NCBI GenBank assembly: GCA_900548675.1
Contig: URLJ01000002.1
Span: 87,493-151,492 of the forward strand
Direction: 5' to 3'
DNA: 64,000 nt
Origin: an uncultured Mollicutes bacterium
Lineage (GTDB): Bacteria; Bacillota_I; Bacilli_A; ML615J-28; CAG-313
Shown: one piece after another, positions 47,219 to 57,350 of the stretch
How the letters are laid out: the number at the start of each line of letters is the position of its first letter
Numbering within the stretch: position 1 is the first letter of the stretch
The notes under the pieces: generated by a model
What the model was told of the DNA's origin: nothing
Database searches by the model: none
Seen by the model: only the letters and a program-made list of their open reading frames with translations
Position numbers and translations under genes: made by a program

Positions 47219-49128
47219 TATTTATTTATTTCATCTTGATATTGTAAGCGATATAAATCATAGTAATGACCCTTAGCTTTTAAGAGTTCTTGGTGATTAC
47301 CTTGTTCAATGATTTTTCCATGATCTAGAACTATGATTTTATCAGCATGTTGAATCGTAGATAAACGGTGGGCAACTATTAGCATCGTTCCTATCGTCAT
47401 AATTTTTTCTAAAGAGTGTTGAATTAACACTTCTGTTTCAGTATCGATATTAGCTGTTGCTTCATCGAGAATCATAATACTAGGTTTATGAACAATGGTT
47501 CTTGCAAAAGACAAAAGTTGTCGTTCACCTGATGAAAAGTTGTTACCACGTTCTCTTACTTCTTCTAAGTAGCCATTTTTTAATTTATCGATGACATGTG
47601 TTGCCCCAACGTATTCACAAGCTGCTACCATTTCTTCATCAGAAATCGTATCATCATCCATTTTAATATTTGACTTAATTGTACCACTAAACAAGAATAC
47701 ATCTTGAAGCATTTGACCAATTTTAGAACGAAGGGAATCAAGTTTTATATCTTTTACATTTATTCCATCTAATAGGATTTCTCCTTTTTGAATATCGTAA
47801 TTTCGAACAAGAAGGGAAAGAATTGTTGTTTTACCACTTCCTGTTGCTCCAACAAAAGCAACAACTTCTTTAGGATTTATGTGGAATGATACGTCTTTTA
47901 AAATCCAATCTTCTTTTTCATAAGCAAACCATACATGTTTGAACTCAACTTCACCCTTAATTTCTGAAAGTTCAATCGCATCTTCTTTATCGGTTATTTC
48001 ACTTTGGGTATCTAAAATTTCGAAGATTCTTTCACCTGAAGCAAAACCTGATTGTAAAACGTTGAATTGTTCAGCTAATTGTTGAAGAGGATCAAATAAA
48101 TTGCCGATGTATTGATATAACGCAACAACAGCTCCTAAAGCGGCTAAATCCATTGTTTTTAAACCTTCTCTCGCTCCAAACCAAAGAACAATAATGATTG
48201 TCGCAATATATAAGAAATATATCGTTGGTCTAAAAATAGCAGCTACTAATATTTGTTTTAACGAACTTCTTTTTAATTTATTATTTTGTTCAACGAAGCT
48301 TTTCTTTTGTTTTAGGGTTGCATTATAGATTTGTATCACTTTCATTCCTGATAAATTCTCTGACAAATTGGCATTTAAACTAGATAAGTTTTGACGAACT
48401 TCGCGATGAGTTTTTCTTAAATAATATCTAAACGCAAAAGATAATAATACAACAAGTGGCATAACGAGTAAAACATAACCCGTAAGTCTTAAGTTTATGC
48501 AAGCCATAAATACGATAGCACCAATAATTGTCAAAATATTTTTAATTAAGTTTATCGCAACATCAGTAAACATTTCATTTAAATAGGCTGTATCATTAGT
48601 TACTCTCGTAACAAGTTTCCCAACTGGTATTTTATTGATTTGGGCGATTGATAATTTTTCAATATGAAAGAAAGTTTCGGTTCTAATTTCATAGATTATC
48701 TTTTGACCGACTTTTTGAAGTATCATTGTTTCATAATAAGAGAGCACAGCTGATGCTAAAATAATAACTGCTCCTGCTAGTACTAGATATATAACATGTC
48801 TAAATACGATTACTTCTTTACTTAATATTATTATTGCGTAATTTAAGCCTAGGGGGATTATTAAATTAAATCCTACCATTATAATCATAATTATAAAGGC
48901 AATTATGAAAGTTTTCTTATAAGGGATAATGTAACTAATTAATCGCTTAAAAATTTCTTTATCGCTCATTTTTCGGCCATTTTCGGCATTTTCTAACTTG
49001 CTTTCCTTTTTATTCTTTTGAATTATTTTAACAACTAACGTAATTACTAATATGAGTAAGATTGCAATTAATAATATGAAGAGGATTTTATTATTAGGAT
49101 TAGTCAAAATATTTTTAATTATTACCAT
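47218..49128 (-). CDS. ABC exporter, fused permease-ATPase (ABCB/MsbA-like), subunit 2
   Basis: Six TM helices, then Walker A GATGSGKTT, LSGGQRQ and Walker B ILDEAT. Confidence 0.85.
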   Translation of the reverse strand: MVIIKNILTNPNNKILFILLIAILLILVITLVVKIIQKNKKESKLENAENGRKMSDKEIFKRLISYIIPYKKTFIIAFIIMIIMVGFNLIIPLGLNYAIIILSKEVIVFRHVIYLVLAGAVIILASAVLSYYETMILQKVGQKIIYEIRTETFFHIEKLSIAQINKIPVGKLVTRVTNDTAYLNEMFTDVAINLIKNILTIIGAIVFMACINLRLTGYVLLVMPLVVLLSFAFRYYLRKTHREVRQNLSSLNANLSENLSGMKVIQIYNATLKQKKSFVEQNNKLKRSSLKQILVAAIFRPTIYFLYIATIIIVLWFGAREGLKTMDLAALGAVVALYQYIGNLFDPLQQLAEQFNVLQSGFASGERIFEILDTQSEITDKEDAIELSEIKGEVEFKHVWFAYEKEDWILKDVSFHINPKEVVAFVGATGSGKTTILSLLVRNYDIQKGEILLDGINVKDIKLDSLRSKIGQMLQDVFLFSGTIKSNIKMDDDTISDEEMVAACEYVGATHVIDKLKNGYLEEVRERGNNFSSGERQLLSFARTIVHKPSIMILDEATANIDTETEVLIQHSLEKIMTIGTMLIVAHRLSTIQHADKIIVLDHGKIIEQGNHQELLKAKGHYYDLYRLQYQDEINK

Positions 49129-50948
49129 CCTTTGCCTCCTTCTAACTCTTCTAGTTTTTGAAGATTAACTATTTCGTTATAAGCATCCGATGTTTTAAGT
49201 AATTCTTCATGAGTCCCGACACCAACGATTTTACCATCATCAAGAATAATGATTTTATCCATTTTTTGAACCGTCGATACTCTATGGGCCACTAGAATAG
49301 TAGTTTTATTTTTTCTTATCTTGTCAAGATTGTGGATGATTGCATCTTCAGTCTCAGTATCAACTGCTGATACCGAATCATCTAATATCAAAATACTAGG
49401 ATTTTTAATTAGCGCTCTCGCAATTGATGTTCTTTGGCGTTGTCCTCCACTGAGAGTTACACCTCTTTCACCTAACACTGTGTCATATTTTAGAGGAAAT
49501 TCTTCAATATTGTCATTAACAGCAGCTTCACTACAAGCTCTTACAACGTCTTCTAAATCAGTATCAGTCACTTCTTTTCTCGATAACAAAACATTATCTT
49601 TAATGGTTGTACTAAAAAGAAAATTATCTTGAGGTACATAACCGATGCCATCCCTTAAATCTTCTAGGGCTATTTTCATAATGTCAACACCATCAATGAA
49701 GATTTTATTTTCTTCGGGATTATATATTCTTAAAAGCATGTCAACAAGCGTTGTTTTTCCACTGCCTGTTTTACCGATTATTCCTACTCTTTCGCCTTCT
49801 TTTATGGAAAGACTAATGTTTTTAAGAACTTCTACATCAGAATCAGGATATTTGAATGATAAATCTTTAATTTCAATTGCACCTTTTATCTTTAAATGAA
49901 CTGCATCACTAGCATCTTTTATTTCAATTTTATGATCCAATAAACTATTTATTCTTTTTAAACTAGCTCGTGCTTGGCTCGTCATATTGATGAGGTTAGC
50001 AATAGCCATCATTGGCCATGTTAAAGTACTAAAATAAGATATAAATTCAACAAGTTTACCTACCGTGAAATGGCTTGGCATTTTATATACTAAATAACCA
50101 CCATATCCCACTATTATTAAAGTAATTGAACTGATAAAAACCCCTATTAATGCTTGAAGAATAGTTGAGAATCTTATGAATTCAATATTTTTGTTCATGT
50201 TTTCTTTATTAACGCGATTGAATTTTAATAACTCTAAACCTTCTTTTACAAATGCTTTTATTACGCTTATTCCTGAGAAACTTTCTTGAGTAACATCAGT
50301 CAAATCTGCATAGGCTTTTTGACGCATTTCAAATTTTCTCATCATGTATTTTCCAATAATTCCCCCACACGCTGCTAAAACAAGTAAAGGGATGCTCGCA
50401 AAACAGGCAAGTAATGCATCGAGTCTTATCATTTTAATAAAAGATAAACTACCTAAAAAGACCGCATCTACAAACATAACGAGTCCTGATCCAAAAGAAT
50501 TTTTAATTGTTTGGATATCATTAGTGTAAAGAGCCATCAATTGACCAACTTTGTTTTTATTATAAAAGTCAGTCGATAAAAGTTCAGAATAACTAAACAT
50601 TTCTTCTCTTAAATCAGTTTCAACCATTACGCCTAACCCAAATACAGTTATTCGCCAAATGAATCTACCCGCTAACATTATTAGGCCGATTAATCCGAGT
50701 TTAATCATTAAAGTTTCTAAAACATCTATTGTGAGTGGTTGGACTGGATTATCACCGCTTGGAGTGATGATAGCTTTTAAACCATCAATAATTTTACTCA
50801 TTATTTCTGGAATGATTAATTGAACATAGTTTACAAAAAGTAAGGCTACTACACCTATTATTATTAAGTAACTATATTTCAAATAAAATTTATTAACATG
50901 TTTACCGAGAATCATATTATCCTCCTTTATTAATAGTAAGTATAACAT
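49122..50948 (-). CDS. ABC exporter, fused permease-ATPase (ABCB-like), subunit 1
   Basis: Six TM helices, then [17 protein letters not shown] and ILDDSVSAVD. It overlaps the downstream partner by 7 nt. Confidence 0.85.
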   Translation of the reverse strand: MLYLLLIKEDNMILGKHVNKFYLKYSYLIIIGVVALLFVNYVQLIIPEIMSKIIDGLKAIITPSGDNPVQPLTIDVLETLMIKLGLIGLIMLAGRFIWRITVFGLGVMVETDLREEMFSYSELLSTDFYNKNKVGQLMALYTNDIQTIKNSFGSGLVMFVDAVFLGSLSFIKMIRLDALLACFASIPLLVLAACGGIIGKYMMRKFEMRQKAYADLTDVTQESFSGISVIKAFVKEGLELLKFNRVNKENMNKNIEFIRFSTILQALIGVFISSITLIIVGYGGYLVYKMPSHFTVGKLVEFISYFSTLTWPMMAIANLINMTSQARASLKRINSLLDHKIEIKDASDAVHLKIKGAIEIKDLSFKYPDSDVEVLKNISLSIKEGERVGIIGKTGSGKTTLVDMLLRIYNPEENKIFIDGVDIMKIALEDLRDGIGYVPQDNFLFSTTIKDNVLLSRKEVTDTDLEDVVRACSEAAVNDNIEEFPLKYDTVLGERGVTLSGGQRQRTSIARALIKNPSILILDDSVSAVDTETEDAIIHNLDKIRKNKTTILVAHRVSTVQKMDKIIILDDGKIVGVGTHEELLKTSDAYNEIVNLQKLEELEGGKGW

Positions 50949-50990
50949 ATATAGCGAGGCTTTATAATATTTTTACTATTTAATACGTTT

Positions 50991-51722
50991 TCATTTATTT
51001 CTTAGGGTTCTCACTTTCGCTTTTAACTCAAGCGGTATTCTATAAGAATCCAAAACTTTAGATATTGTTTTTCTATAAATAAAATCATCTAAAGGATTAT
51101 TTTTTAGAAAATTATATCCTATCTCAAAATCTTTTACCATTATTACTTGTAAAAGCCAAGCAATGGCCATCTTTATATAATACTCATTAGTATTTGTGTT
51201 TTTAATTATATCTAACATCTTTAAAATATACTCGTTTTCTCTTTTAACATAATAATTAAGCATAATTACAAAGTAAAATCTTACGCGATATATTTCAAGT
51301 TGCTCTTCTATTAATTTATTACTCTTTACTTTATTGAAGGAATTCATCATGTATTCCCACATTTCTTTATAATACTTATCTACCTGCTTAACTGATGATG
51401 CTACCATATCATTGGTTGCCCAATTATCAATTTTTTTAATAAAGATTTCTAAATAATAAATAAATTCTTCAAAACTAAAAGGCATTTTACTAATTATTAA
51501 TCCATATAATGTGACTTCTTCTAAATATGATGGTTCTTTCAAACCTTGATTTAAATAATTCATAGCCTCCGCTTTGTCTAAAGCAATTCTAGCAGCTAAG
51601 GCTTTTAAATCAGGTGTTCTCACGCCTAAAATATCCGTACTTCTAGCGGGGGTTAGTTTAAGTGAAAATGCTTGATATTTATCATCTTTTAGTTTTATTA
51701 ATTCCTCTTTTACATCAATCAT
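50991..51722 (-). CDS. DNA alkylation repair protein (AlkD-like HEAT-repeat glycosylase family)
   Basis: About 240 aa of helical repeats. The ATG at 51722 has an AAGGGA SD. The ORF-track start at 51740 is a TTG overlapping the upstream gene. Confidence 0.45.
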   Translation of the reverse strand: MIDVKEELIKLKDDKYQAFSLKLTPARSTDILGVRTPDLKALAARIALDKAEAMNYLNQGLKEPSYLEEVTLYGLIISKMPFSFEEFIYYLEIFIKKIDNWATNDMVASSVKQVDKYYKEMWEYMMNSFNKVKSNKLIEEQLEIYRVRFYFVIMLNYYVKRENEYILKMLDIIKNTNTNEYYIKMAIAWLLQVIMVKDFEIGYNFLKNNPLDDFIYRKTISKVLDSYRIPLELKAKVRTLRNK

Positions 51723-52638
51723 GCTTTTTTTCCCTTTCAAATAATTCTAAATAACGTTTATCGATATTTTCGTAATATGGGATATAACATTTAAAAAAGC
51801 CTTTGGTATCTTTTGTTATACATCTTTTATATGGCAATTCTTTTTCTATTTTTTTTAAATCATATTTACCATTAACTCGCCATTTATTTAAAATACCTGT
51901 ATTAAAAGCATCTTTGTGACAATTAAAAGAACATCTCATACACATTATACATTTATGATGAAATCTAATTTTTCCCTTTTTAACATATATATTGTTGACA
52001 GGACACGCCTTTACGCAAGCCATACATTTATCACACAAGTTATCATTAACATGATAAAAATAGGAATTCACACTTCCCCCTATATATTGTATTTTCAAGA
52101 TGTTACTGGTTAGAATATTGATTAAATGATATTTTTGAATATTCTTGATTTTATTCGTAACTTCTTCAACAAGAATATCTGCTAACTTATTATTCATTAC
52201 TAGCATTTCCCGAATAATTTCATCATCAAAACGAAAGCAGATGTTATATGGCATTACAAAATGATATTCATTGTTTGGATAGATTTTCTTTTTATTTAGC
52301 ACCTTTACTAAAGAGTAAGAACTAGCATTATTGACATTGTATACTTCACCACTATTTTTATAAATAAAACAATATGGCATCTGGCTAATATTTTCTTTTG
52401 AAAATTTTTGTTTTTTTATGTATTTTAAAAAATATTGAGGTGTATTAAAAGCATAAATAGGATACCCAAAGCCAACTATATCATAATTAGATAAATGAAG
52501 CACATCATTATAATTTTGGTTATTAACCTCTACCGTATCAACTACTGCCTGAGTTTTTTTTGTAAAGCGCAACTTTAATATATTTGTTATGTATCTAGTA
52601 TTATATGTACCTGTAAAGTAAACTAATAGAACTCTCAA
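51715..52638 (-). CDS. Flavodoxin-like domain plus 2x[4Fe-4S] ferredoxin domain protein (EFR1-type)
   Basis: TTG start with the SD AGGAGG at a 6-nt spacer. It gives MRVLLVYFTGTYNTRY.., a flavodoxin N-terminus, with C-terminal CDKCMACVKACP and CIMCMRCSFNCH. The ORF-track version (to 52785) reads through the tRNA and its terminator. Confidence 0.7.
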   Translation of the reverse strand: MRVLLVYFTGTYNTRYITNILKLRFTKKTQAVVDTVEVNNQNYNDVLHLSNYDIVGFGYPIYAFNTPQYFLKYIKKQKFSKENISQMPYCFIYKNSGEVYNVNNASSYSLVKVLNKKKIYPNNEYHFVMPYNICFRFDDEIIREMLVMNNKLADILVEEVTNKIKNIQKYHLINILTSNILKIQYIGGSVNSYFYHVNDNLCDKCMACVKACPVNNIYVKKGKIRFHHKCIMCMRCSFNCHKDAFNTGILNKWRVNGKYDLKKIEKELPYKRCITKDTKGFFKCYIPYYENIDKRYLELFEREKKHD

Positions 52639-52651
52639 TAATACCCTCCTA

Positions 52652-52698
52652 AAGAAAAAAGTCTTAAGAGTAATGGCATACACTACTTTAAGACTTGT
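52652..52698 (-). terminator. Rho-independent terminator immediately after the tRNA
   Basis: The minus strand reads gtcttaaagtagtgtatgccattactcttaagacttttttcttt. Confidence 0.65.
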
Positions 52699-52708
52699 AT
52701 TTGCATTA

Positions 52709-52783
52709 TGGAGCAGGTAACGAGGATCGAACTCGCATCTTCGCCATGGCAAGGCGGTATAATAGCCATTATACGATACCTGC
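52709..52783 (-). tRNA. tRNA-Gly (anticodon GCC), CCA-encoded, discriminator U
   Basis: The minus strand reads GCAGGTATCGTATAATGGCTATTATACCGCCTTGCCATGGCGAAGATGCGAGTTCGATCCTCGTTACCTGCTCCA. The acceptor stem is a 7-bp perfect pair. The T-arm is GCGAG/TTCGATC/CTCGT. The anticodon loop is TTGCCAT. It is one nucleotide shorter than canonical, so either position 26 is missing or the anticodon stem is 4 bp. Confidence 0.6.
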
Positions 52784-52803
52784 ATCTCTCAACTTGCAGG
52801 GTT

Positions 52804-52832
52804 ATTATACCAAAATGCTCCACTTTATGCAA
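52804..52832 (-). promoter_or_regulatory. sigma-A type promoter with extended -10 (-35 TTGCAT, 17 nt, TGgTATAAT) driving the tRNA
   Basis: The minus strand reads TTGCATaaagtggagcattttggTATAAT, with about a 20-nt leader before tRNA position 1. Confidence 0.55.
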
Positions 52833-52869
52833 GTGTTTTACAATAAATATTTTTTTAATTTATTATTTT

Positions 52870-55800
52870 TTAATTATTAAATACACCAGGAAGAACACTA
52901 AATAGTGTTATTTCATTTTTATATCCTTCTTTTTCAATTGTTACAGTATAACTTAGACATTCACTATATAATGGTTGATCGTATGTGCGACCATTATTGC
53001 GTAAATGATCAAGTGAGTTAGACTTAGCCGTGATTGTATATTCAGCAAAGTTACTTCTTCTGTTATACTCGGCTTCAACCAAGCTCATAAAGTGATACCA
53101 AAGTTTATTATCTCTCATTGTTTCTGGACAGTTTTTACCACTAAAGAAATGATGTGGTTTTACTCTTGAGGTATCAAGATTATTTTCCATTAATAGTTTG
53201 GCTACAAGGTTGGCTGTTTTTTGCCATGTCATATATAAGTCAGAACCTTGGTTTACGCATGTTTCAATGCCTATACTATTGTTGTTACCACCATAGTTTG
53301 ATATTTTTTGATATGTTCCATTATAGTATGTTTTACCTAAATAATAATATCCGTCATCACCAACAACATAATGAATACCGATATCGTTTATCGCTGAAGT
53401 TTTAAGAATATATCCATTATTAGTAGGAGCTTTTATTCCTGTATTTTTATTATTAATTAAATAGTATCCTTCAGCATCTATTGTAATTTTTACATCTTCT
53501 ACTTCTTCTGCAAGAACTTTTGTTTTAAGTAAACCATATTTAACATCTGTACCATCACCAGCATGGTATGCCACTTCATTATCTGGCATTTGGTGATAAA
53601 TTCCATCATTACCAACACTATAATGCCATGATGTACCGCCGCCACCAAGGTCCGCTACATATTTAGCGTGAGCTAAAGCATCAGCAGTACTTTCACTCGA
53701 TGCTGTATCATGAACAGTTATGAATTCTGTTGATTCTTTAATAGTACCTGGACGATTTGATCCAAGTGGAGCGATGTATTCAGTTATAGCGTTGTTACCA
53801 AAGAATAGCTTAGAAACACTTGATAAAATGTCATGATAATAAACAAATTTATAACCTGTTACAAGGATATTTGGTTTTACCATTACTTCACTATTATTTG
53901 CTTCAAGTATCATTTTTGTTACTTCATCTATTTTTTCTAAAACTGTTACACCGAGAGTCATCTCGTGTTCTGTATCTGGTATATATGCTTTCACCATTAC
54001 GATGCCTGGGGCTTTAGCACTTAAAGTACCATTTTCAATTACAGCTATTTTTTCATCGCTAACTTCCCAAACTAGTTTTGATGCATCAAGCCCATCAAGC
54101 ATGGCATTTATTCTTAAATCATCATTTACTAAAACCCATGAAGTGCTTTCGTATCTGAGTTCAATTCTAGCCGGTACATCAACTTTTACAGTGAATTCTT
54201 TTACCATTTCTCCACTATAATTTAGATATGCTTTTACCTGTACTTCACCTTTTTTAATTCCGTGCATCACACCATCTTTATCAATTGTCAAGATTTTTTC
54301 ATTCATACTAACAAATGTAACGCCTAAAACATTACTGCGATGTGGTATATAATCAAATGTAATAGGTGTCGATCCAAATAGATCAGCTTGAAGTGTTTCA
54401 GCGATTTCTATTCCGACAGGATAGATTAAGTCTTCTTTCACAGATTCTTTTTTATACATTACATTTGTTAAATTATCTAAAACACTTACTTTAGTGTTAA
54501 AGATGAAAGAATAAATTTCTTCACCTAAATCACTATAGTTACGGTCATAAGCTATTGACATTGTTGAAGCACTATTTACTACATCTTTAAAAACATAATC
54601 TAGATTATTGTTGTTAATAATTATATTATGTTTTACATTTATAGAACCTTTATTATTTTCATCAACAATGTTAATGTTAAACATTTTTGGTGTAGTAATA
54701 AAAGTATTATACATTATATTAATGTTTAATATACCATCATGACTCTTACCATTGATTACTATCATTTCGCCCATAACACGTTTTATATTATTACGATTAA
54801 TAAAGACTTCAAGGGCACTAGTATCTGGTGAATTAAATAATGATTCCGTAACATTTTCAATAACGTTATCATCTATTTTAATAATTCCTGTAGCTTTAGC
54901 AATCACAATCACATTTTTAGCACCTTTAACAATGTTTTTGGTAAAGGTCAAATCAGATGATTCTTCCATTGTTAGGATGGTATCATCATTTTTTTCAAAA
55001 TATGAATGAGTAACTGTAGCATTACCTTTTAAATAATTAAGTGTTGCATTACTATTAAAATAACTATATGCGATAACAGAACCTAAAGCGTTTATAGTTA
55101 CTTTGTCATTTATCACCAAACCATTCAACTCTACATTAACAGCATTGATATTTACTTTTCCTAAAATTACTTCATCATTTCTTACAAAAACTTGCGTTTT
55201 AGCATTAGCAGTTATAATTTTAATGTTAGGTGTTTTGATGGTTAATTCTTCTGCACGATAGTCACCTTTATATACGTAGATAATCCCATTTTCAGAAACT
55301 TTTTCCAAGGCTTCTGCGATTGAGCTAAAAGCAGTTTCGCCCATTTTGAACTCTACACCTTGGCGCTCAATTATCGTTCCTACTGAAACAGTTTTTAATG
55401 CATTATCTACTATAATCATTTCTTTATTCAATATAGTAGTATATTCTAAATATTCTTCATCATAATTCTTAATTACTAGGCTATTATTGATTTTTAAATT
55501 TGACGCAGGAGATAAGAAATTACTTTTAATACTTTCATTGTCACCTGTTTTTGTAAGATAGATGCTTTCACCTTTTTCTAAAATTATTTTTGTTGGAGTT
55601 TTATAAGTTGTTTTAATAACGCCGTTGCTTATAACAGAAGCTCCATTTCCAAAATAACTATTGCCATTTGCATCTTTTAAAGTAGAAAAGTCAAGTGTAA
55701 CTCTACTAGAAGCATTATTAATTAATAGTGTTGCATATAATGGGTTTTCTATAGATGCATTCGTTAAATCGCTCTCTTTTGAAAAACCAAATACGTTACC

Positions 55801-57333
55801 TTTTAAAAGGAAAATAGTATAAGCGCCGTATGTGATACTATATTTACTCCATCCGATAACATCACTACTTCCTGTTTCATCAGCACTTAATACTCTTGGA
55901 TCATTTCCATAATATAATCCTCTTTTAGAAGTCTCAAGAGCACCATAGTTAACATCTATTTCTTTTGTAATGGTTATATCACAATATGCAAATGTATATC
56001 TCACTTTAGAAATATATGTTTTTATTAATTCTTTAAAGTGCGCTCCTGTTGTTAAATCATGAATAGTCTTATCTTGTTCATTTACGTATTCCCATGTAAC
56101 AAACGCATTAGAAACAGATGGTGTTGGAAATTTATAATCAAATGTTATATGCTTAGGAACACTATTAATTATCTCATCACTAATATTCTTAATTTCATCT
56201 AAATTTAAATATTCTATTTCCTTATTAGCACATAATACCTCTAAACATTTATTTAATTTAATAATGGAATCATAAGAAACGTAAGCTAATACTTCATCAC
56301 TTAAAGAGTAGTAAGTAGTGATGACTTCCTTAACAATTTCTTTTTTAGCAATAATGCTTGCATCGTCATTTGGAATAGCCTTAACTGAGGCATCAAATTG
56401 TAGTGCGGCTTTTTCTGCTTTATCAAGTAAATCTTGTAATTTTTCAATCTTCTTAAAGATGTTGTTTAATACTTTAATATTTTTTACAAGACTTTTAGCA
56501 TCTTCATGAAGGGCATCATATTTATCTTTCACAATTAAAATATCTAAGATGTCTTCATATTTAGGATTACTATTTAATTTTGAAATCATTTCATCAAGTG
56601 AAAATGCTTCTTGAATATGAACTTGATGTTTAGCTAAAGCTTCTTTTAATGCTTCTTCTTTTTCAACTAATACTTGATAGTTTCTAACTATTACTTGTGC
56701 ACCATACTCAAGACTGCGATATATTTTTCTCGTGTTTGTTACTTTTTCTTCATCCGTAAACTTTATTTCTTTAGGAAGAGAAGCTATAGCGATTTCAGCT
56801 TCAAGAGCGTACATCATATTGCGGTTTTTAATTAAAATTTTTATTCTTTCATTAAAGTTATTATATTTTTCCATTAATAAAAGATAATCATCGCTTGCTG
56901 TTGATGATTCGTAATTAAAGTTTTCAACCTCTTTGTCGAACTCTTCTGCTTTTTTAGCTATATCCATATCGACTAAACTTGGGTTAATGGTTATTTCTAA
57001 CTCAGCATAAAGATCATCTTGCCCTTCATAGCGCATTATGATTAGGGCAGTTCCTTCTTTTTTGCCAATAATGTTATATGTTCCTTCTTCTAAAACAGCA
57101 TTGTCTGTATCAATTTCAATTATTACTTTATTTATATCTAATGAATCATCTAAATCAAGAATTAGTTCTAGTGACTCATCGACATTTACACTAGTTATTT
57201 CATTTTTAAACCCAAATTTTTTAATTGTAGGTTTAGGCGTAGATGCAGGGCAAGCACATACGCTTAAAAATAAACCTATCATCATAGGTATCACAAATAG
57301 TAATTGTAAATAGTTTTTTCTTTTTATTTTCAT
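52870..57333 (-). CDS. Giant lipoprotein (1487 aa) with a helical/coiled N-terminal region, a beta-helix-like core, Big_2 Ig-like domains and a C-terminal Amidase_2 (PGRP-type) domain
   Basis: Lipobox LFLSVCACPAS. Big_2-like GVMHGIKKGEVQVKAYL.. and GTLSAKAPGIVMVKAYI. Amidase_2 within about 53100-53770: FITVHDTASS...TSWHYSVGNDGIYHQMPDNEVAYHAGDG...NNNSIGIETC...HHFFSGKNCPETM, with an 80-aa Tyr/Gly-rich insertion. Confidence 0.75.
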   Translation of the reverse strand: MKIKRKNYLQLLFVIPMMIGLFLSVCACPASTPKPTIKKFGFKNEITSVNVDESLELILDLDDSLDINKVIIEIDTDNAVLEEGTYNIIGKKEGTALIIMRYEGQDDLYAELEITINPSLVDMDIAKKAEEFDKEVENFNYESSTASDDYLLLMEKYNNFNERIKILIKNRNMMYALEAEIAIASLPKEIKFTDEEKVTNTRKIYRSLEYGAQVIVRNYQVLVEKEEALKEALAKHQVHIQEAFSLDEMISKLNSNPKYEDILDILIVKDKYDALHEDAKSLVKNIKVLNNIFKKIEKLQDLLDKAEKAALQFDASVKAIPNDDASIIAKKEIVKEVITTYYSLSDEVLAYVSYDSIIKLNKCLEVLCANKEIEYLNLDEIKNISDEIINSVPKHITFDYKFPTPSVSNAFVTWEYVNEQDKTIHDLTTGAHFKELIKTYISKVRYTFAYCDITITKEIDVNYGALETSKRGLYYGNDPRVLSADETGSSDVIGWSKYSITYGAYTIFLLKGNVFGFSKESDLTNASIENPLYATLLINNASSRVTLDFSTLKDANGNSYFGNGASVISNGVIKTTYKTPTKIILEKGESIYLTKTGDNESIKSNFLSPASNLKINNSLVIKNYDEEYLEYTTILNKEMIIVDNALKTVSVGTIIERQGVEFKMGETAFSSIAEALEKVSENGIIYVYKGDYRAEELTIKTPNIKIITANAKTQVFVRNDEVILGKVNINAVNVELNGLVINDKVTINALGSVIAYSYFNSNATLNYLKGNATVTHSYFEKNDDTILTMEESSDLTFTKNIVKGAKNVIVIAKATGIIKIDDNVIENVTESLFNSPDTSALEVFINRNNIKRVMGEMIVINGKSHDGILNINIMYNTFITTPKMFNINIVDENNKGSINVKHNIIINNNNLDYVFKDVVNSASTMSIAYDRNYSDLGEEIYSFIFNTKVSVLDNLTNVMYKKESVKEDLIYPVGIEIAETLQADLFGSTPITFDYIPHRSNVLGVTFVSMNEKILTIDKDGVMHGIKKGEVQVKAYLNYSGEMVKEFTVKVDVPARIELRYESTSWVLVNDDLRINAMLDGLDASKLVWEVSDEKIAVIENGTLSAKAPGIVMVKAYIPDTEHEMTLGVTVLEKIDEVTKMILEANNSEVMVKPNILVTGYKFVYYHDILSSVSKLFFGNNAITEYIAPLGSNRPGTIKESTEFITVHDTASSESTADALAHAKYVADLGGGGTSWHYSVGNDGIYHQMPDNEVAYHAGDGTDVKYGLLKTKVLAEEVEDVKITIDAEGYYLINNKNTGIKAPTNNGYILKTSAINDIGIHYVVGDDGYYYLGKTYYNGTYQKISNYGGNNNSIGIETCVNQGSDLYMTWQKTANLVAKLLMENNLDTSRVKPHHFFSGKNCPETMRDNKLWYHFMSLVEAEYNRRSNFAEYTITAKSNSLDHLRNNGRTYDQPLYSECLSYTVTIEKEGYKNEITLFSVLPGVFNN

Positions 57334-57350
57334 ATTGCCACCTCTTAAAT

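Noticed and set aside
52784-52803. Unusually long (about 20 nt) distance between the -10 and tRNA position 1. This might indicate that the promoter call is wrong.
   Set aside because: The call is retained. tRNA genes are commonly made as precursors with 5' leaders trimmed by RNase P. The -35 TTGCAT, 17-nt spacer and TGnTATAAT combination is too good to be chance in this position.
52695-52905. Two overlapping plus-strand ORFs (61 and 65 aa)
   Set aside because: They sit antisense over the tRNA-Gly, its promoter and its terminator. They have no SD and carry low-complexity tails.
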